From Ginkgo biloba (lineage: Eukaryota; Plantae; Ginkgophyta): a stretch of DNA of 30,343 nt. A program made the translations under genes and the position numbers. Location of the stretch: positions 252,167,940 through 252,198,282 of the forward strand of contig JANKJI020000002.1 in the NCBI GenBank assembly GCA_024626585.2, in the 5' to 3' direction. The notes beneath the pieces were generated by a model. The model searched no databases, was not told the DNA's origin, and saw only the letters and a list, made by a program, of their open reading frames with translations. This document shows, in pieces, positions 26,231 through 30,343 of this stretch. Positions within the stretch are counted from its first letter, which is position 1; each line of letters begins with the position of its first letter.

Positions 26231-27496
26231 GAGATAGAAAATACATCAATAGTATGTGTGGATGAATTATTATAAAAAAATCACCAAAATAGAGAAGGTA
26301 AGAGACAGAGAAAGGATTCCCTTAAAATTCCATTAGATGAGTTGGAGCTCTTAACTTGTGAACATATGGTAGAAAGAGAGCAATCGACTCATGACCAAGT
26401 TTATGGATGCTACAACCAGTCAAAGATGGAAAGTAGAGATTATGATGCTCTCGAAGACCTTAGCAAAAGTACTATTCAAGATCTTGAGCACCATGATAAT
26501 CTCATAAAAAAGGGCAAGAAGTTATCAAATCCAACTCTAGAGGGACTAATGAAAGGATGGAAAATTAAAGTTAAGAATGTTATCCCACTTAGTGGGTTAG
26601 TTCCACACAAATAACCTTATGTAATAGTAACTTCAAAGAAGTTTCGGGATACATAATGTTATTTCTGCATCAGGAAGCTTTCAATTAATTCTTTTCCTTA
26701 TGTATTTTGTACCATACCTCTATATTATTCTAAAAATTATAAAGAGTGTGCTGGAGGAAATCCATCTAGGACTAAAGATGCTATAACTAAATCATTATTT
26801 GAGAAACTCACAATGGGTTCCTATCATAAGTTTGAAAACCTACACTCCTCTAAAAAGGATACATGAATAAATTTGCAAATAGATCATGAGGTCAGGGAAT
26901 GGCATGAACATAAGCATGAATGTGAAAATAATGTTATAGTTAGTGAGACTAGTTTTCCTTCAAAAGGAGAAAATATTGGTTCAAGAGGAACAATAACTAA
27001 AGAAGCTATGTTGCAAGAAGCTATAAGGAGGAGTTTCAAAGACCTTGGTGTTTAGAGACTTAGAGGAAGCCCTTCTCGACTGGTCACCAAAGAAATTCTT
27101 CAAAGTTTCCCCTTTCCCTCTTAGAATGACCCAAGCAAGGATTATATCGGTCTGTTGCAAATAACGGCGGGTTCCATGGATATTGATGCTCCAACAAAAC
27201 ATTTCCAAATCAAGGCTAGGAATCCCGTGGGACTTTGGAAATATGAAGAAAGCCTCGATGCACAATGTGGCATTTGCAAAAACCACTCGATGAATCTATA
27301 CACTAATTGCCACACTGAGAAACGAAATCAAAGCGACACAGATGTGTGTCAATTGGCATTCGCCGAAGTAACATGCAGCCATATCTATCATAAACATTGT
27401 ATAAACCAATTTTGGCAAAACCACTATGGTCATAGACCATGTTCTATTCCTAATGCTTTAGGACATGTTATTAATAATTATAATAGGGTTTCCTAA
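26231..27496 (+). pseudogene. Decayed ORF of at least 421 codons: unknown N-terminal part + UIM-like motif + RBX1-like RING-H2
   Basis: The predicted ORFs ending at 26275, 26342-26614, 26873-27055 and 27155-27496 are all in one frame with no frameshift. There are only six internal stops (26273, 26612, 26654, 26864, 27053, 27122). Confidence 0.75.
27176..27496 (+). pseudogene. Intronless divergent RBX1/ROC1-like RING-H2 domain (106 aa from MDIDAP)
   Basis: HFQIKARNPVGLWKY aligns with RBX1 RFEVKKWNAVALWAW; CGICKNHSMNL with CAICRNHIMDL; C..AF...CSHIYHKHCI with C.VAWG.CNHAFHFHCI. Confidence 0.85.
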
Positions 27497-27756
27497 TGAA
27501 GAGATTGAAAGGAGGGGGCGTACAGTCGAAAAAGAACCGAAATGTTCTTTGTTTGGTGACAAGATTTAGAGGGCAATCCATTGCTATTCGAGCAGTTTTG
27601 AGGAATGGAGAAGGTTGTGGATCAATAGGAGCCAACCTTCGAATCCTCCGTTTTGGGTTGTGTCTTCCACCTCGAGGCGGGTCACGATGATTCACACAAA
27701 CGCATCGGTTCAACCACAATAGGCACCACAGCAGCGCTACAAAGGCTAGGCTATGC

Positions 27757-27930
27757 GACATAAGGGAAAATTATTATTAAAATTTGTTTAAAGGAGTTGG
27801 AAAAAGATTTTTAGAATATTCTTGGGTTAAAGAATATTCTAAATTAGACATAAGACACTTTCCTTTTTAATATGAATTATTCCAAAGCACTATGCATACT
27901 CATTATTAAAGGGAGGTATCACATGGTACT
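27757..27930 (+). mobile_element. Chromodomain-like relic followed by purine tract (AAAGGGAGG) and putative LTR start
   Basis: IRENYY*NLFKGVGKRFLEYSWVKE resembles the chromovirus Y.EYLVKW.G....DATW..E pattern. TATCACATGGTACT (27917-27930) matches the LTR-start candidate at 7007-6994 (minus) at 13/14 positions. Confidence 0.5.
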
Positions 27931-28306
27931 TTAGCATCAACGCTTATAAGTTCAAATCATGTGGAGTTAAAGGATCTCAAGAAACAACACAAAATAAGCC
28001 TCAATGCAATGGATGGATGTACATCACATCGAGAACATGGGCCATAGAAGGCCACTCACATACATTCCAATTAGTCACGAAAAGGATACGGGGAGATATG
28101 GTGAAAATGTTGTTATGAGAAGAAGGAAGTGAGAAGTCATCAAGGATTAGATAATAAGTGGATAAATAAATGGTGAGAGGACATAAAGTATGAAATTTAT
28201 TGTATCTGGTAAGAAAATAAACCTAGAATGGAATCTTAGACATAGAGTGAGTGAGTTAGAGAGGTAAAGATAACACTATAAGGAGAAGTGATTGGCAAAG
28301 GAAATA

Positions 28307-28704
28307 ATGCAAAAAGAAGCACAACTAGAGGAGAAAGGAATGCTGATGATATAGTTAGAGGTGGAGGATAAGATGTAGCTAGTGGAGAAAGAAACATAAA
28401 AAACATAGAGACGGGATCCCTAAGAAGATAGGTTGTAGAATTAGAAAATGAGCAGAAGAGAAAAAGAGTTAGTAATGAATCAAAATCAAAATCAGAGAAA
28501 GAAGAGGTTAAGTGAAAAGTTCCATAAAGGCCAAAGTATTATGATTCATTAACATTATAATTATTGAAGAACCAAAGAGGTGAATCCAAAATGAAGGTTA
28601 TGATCTTTGGAGAAAGATTGGGACCAAACTATTTATTATATAGGGTAGGAGCCTTGGAGAAATATTTTGATTGGGAAGAGATGGACGACCCTAAGAGAGT
28701 TAAT
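28307..28704 (+). mobile_element. Ty3/gypsy gag N-terminal relic, truncated by an N gap
   Basis: KMKVMIFGERLGPNYLLYRVGALEKYFDWEEMDDPKRV resembles the gypsy gag pattern F.G.L.P.ELLDW...EKYFD.....D.KRVK; it is preceded by a decayed charged/coiled-coil region. Confidence 0.8.
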
Positions 28705-29175
28705 NNNNNNNNNNNNNNNNNNNNNNNNNNNNNNNNNNNNNNNNNNNNNNNNNNNNNNNNNNNNNNNNNNNNNNNNNNNNNNNNNNNNNNNNNNNNNNNN
28801 NNNNAAGAAGCCAAAATAAGGGCAATATAAAGAAAACAATGAAGAAAAGAACAAAATCTGTAGCTCTTCAACATTTTACTTTCAAAAATATTTGCACTAC
28901 TATAATAGAATGAAATGAAAAGATAAAGAAAGAGAAAAGATACACAATCCATATGTTGCATATCTATTTTCATAACCATTCGTGTAAACTCATTTCCTGA
29001 ACTACCATTAGCAGTAAGCTTACTTCCGACTCCAGAATGGATGTCAAGCAGGTCACAACAGAGAGTAAGGGGTTGCAGTAAAACTATTACAATGGATGAG
29101 AAAAAAGAGTGAGATCCCAGAAAAAATAAGGGTTGATGTCAAAGAAAAAAGTATAGTTATCAATCGAAAAAGCAC

Positions 29176-29263
29176 CAGAGGCAGCAGCACCACAGACTAC
29201 CCCCCAGATCAGTGGTGGCCAAGTAACTGGCTTTGTAAGTTGTAGGCGAATCTTCCATTTATC
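29176..29263 (-). CDS. CHLG: Chlorophyll synthase exon (DKWKIRLQLTKPVTWPPLIWGVVCGAAAS-G)
   Basis: The peptide matches the hallmark ChlG N-terminal motif. Acceptor TTTGCAG, donor GTGCTT; 88 nt, ends in phase 1. Confidence 0.97.
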
Positions 29264-29639
29264 CTGCAAAATAAAATACAAAAATTAAAAATTAAATTTC
29301 CTCCCACAGATTACATTCCTCCCAGATGGACACTGATCCTTATGTTCCTTTATCTATATTCTATGTGGCAATGCATAACCAAACACATTTCATAACCCAC
29401 TTACTATTGTATTCTATCATTTTCATATTACTCTGCTCTCCAAAACTAAAGCAAACACAATGCACATTCTCTCACAGATTTCACACAACCTCCCCACAAA
29501 CAATCAATCTCACAACATTTTTACATCAACCTCTTTAAATATCTGTTAACGTACATACGCTTATCACTTAGAAATTGGCCTTATTTCAGCTAGATGCCTT
29601 CCACATTTACCCATATTCAAGTCCAGATTTGATCAAAGC

Positions 29640-30343
29640 TAGACAGGCAAAATTCCAAGTCTTCTGTCTTCCATAGTTGACATGACACTCATACTTGATG
29701 ATATGATGTCATGGATTCATGAGTGAATGCATAACTTCAATAACTAGATTACAATGTTGATAATAAATGTGTAGGATTTAATGAACACACCCCTAAGACA
29801 ATTTCCAAAGGCCTCTGACACCATTGTCTTATACAAGAATTGCACTCGTTGGGTTATATACCAATCATTATCAGAGTAGTGATGACTTTATATGAGTTGG
29901 CGGTGGGCAGAGTTTGCAGAACATACAGCTTCTCTACAGAAATTCATTAAGAGTCCAGGAGGGGTGCCCTCACTATCCAACCCTATTTGGACATTATTTT
30001 AATGTCCCAATGGAGTTTACTCAAGGGAATATTTGTGCACATGATGAATGCATTCTATATGAACTGTCACTCGCAATCCTCCTTTTGTTGATGATTTTGT
30101 TCTTCTATCTTTTGTGCTAGAGGGGTTCCATAGGCAATTAGATGCTCTTGCCTCTTTTTGTGATAGCAAGTGCCTTGAGGTGAACTTGGGCAAAACCAAG
30201 GTTATGGTTTTCAACATATGCAAAAACCACTTCATGGCGTCACTTGACCTTCAGAGGTTGGGCAATTGATCTGGTATCCTTTTACATGTCTTGGTGTTTA
30301 GTTTTGTAGTTCTACATAAGCATGACTACATACATTATGCAAA
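29640..30343 (+). mobile_element. LINE reverse transcriptase relic
   Basis: VQEGCPHYPTLFG (cf. GVKQGCPLSPTLFG), AILL..DDFVLL (cf. FADD) and RQLDALASFCDSKCLEVNLGKTKVMVFN, with frameshifts. Confidence 0.9.

Noticed and set aside
27176-27496. Functional host RBX1 gene nested in CHLG
   Set aside because: Too divergent for an essential near-invariant gene, intronless, lacks two zinc ligands and is embedded in a decayed frame among TE relics.
27471-27761. Overlapping small ORFs on both strands in a GC-richer patch after the RING
   Set aside because: No recognisable motif. It may be a frameshifted continuation of the cargo ORF, but this cannot be supported.

Overview
AT-rich, gap-ridden eukaryotic plant DNA. 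The very long, TE-filled introns suggest a gymnosperm (inference). The backbone is the 3' part of a chlorophyll synthase gene (CHLG) on the minus strand. Nine coding exons with GT-AG boundaries and consistent phases lie between 29263 and 1332. The segments expected for NFHW..YTQ, TINDWYD..E and FKYFL..YQ were not found and probably sit in N-gaps. The introns hold two hAT elements with CTAAGT termini and perfect 8-bp TSDs, Ty3/gypsy pol and gag relics, retroelement accessory-ORF relics, LINE relics and several tandem repeats. The most unusual element is antisense inside a CHLG intron. It is a decayed, frameshift-free reading frame of about 420 codons (26231-27496) that joins a ubiquitin-interacting-motif-like helix to a full, divergent RBX1-type RING-H2 domain. 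It lies just upstream of a chromodomain-like relic, a purine tract/LTR start and a gypsy gag. This suggests an LTR retrotransposon carrying a captured cullin-RING ligase subunit.
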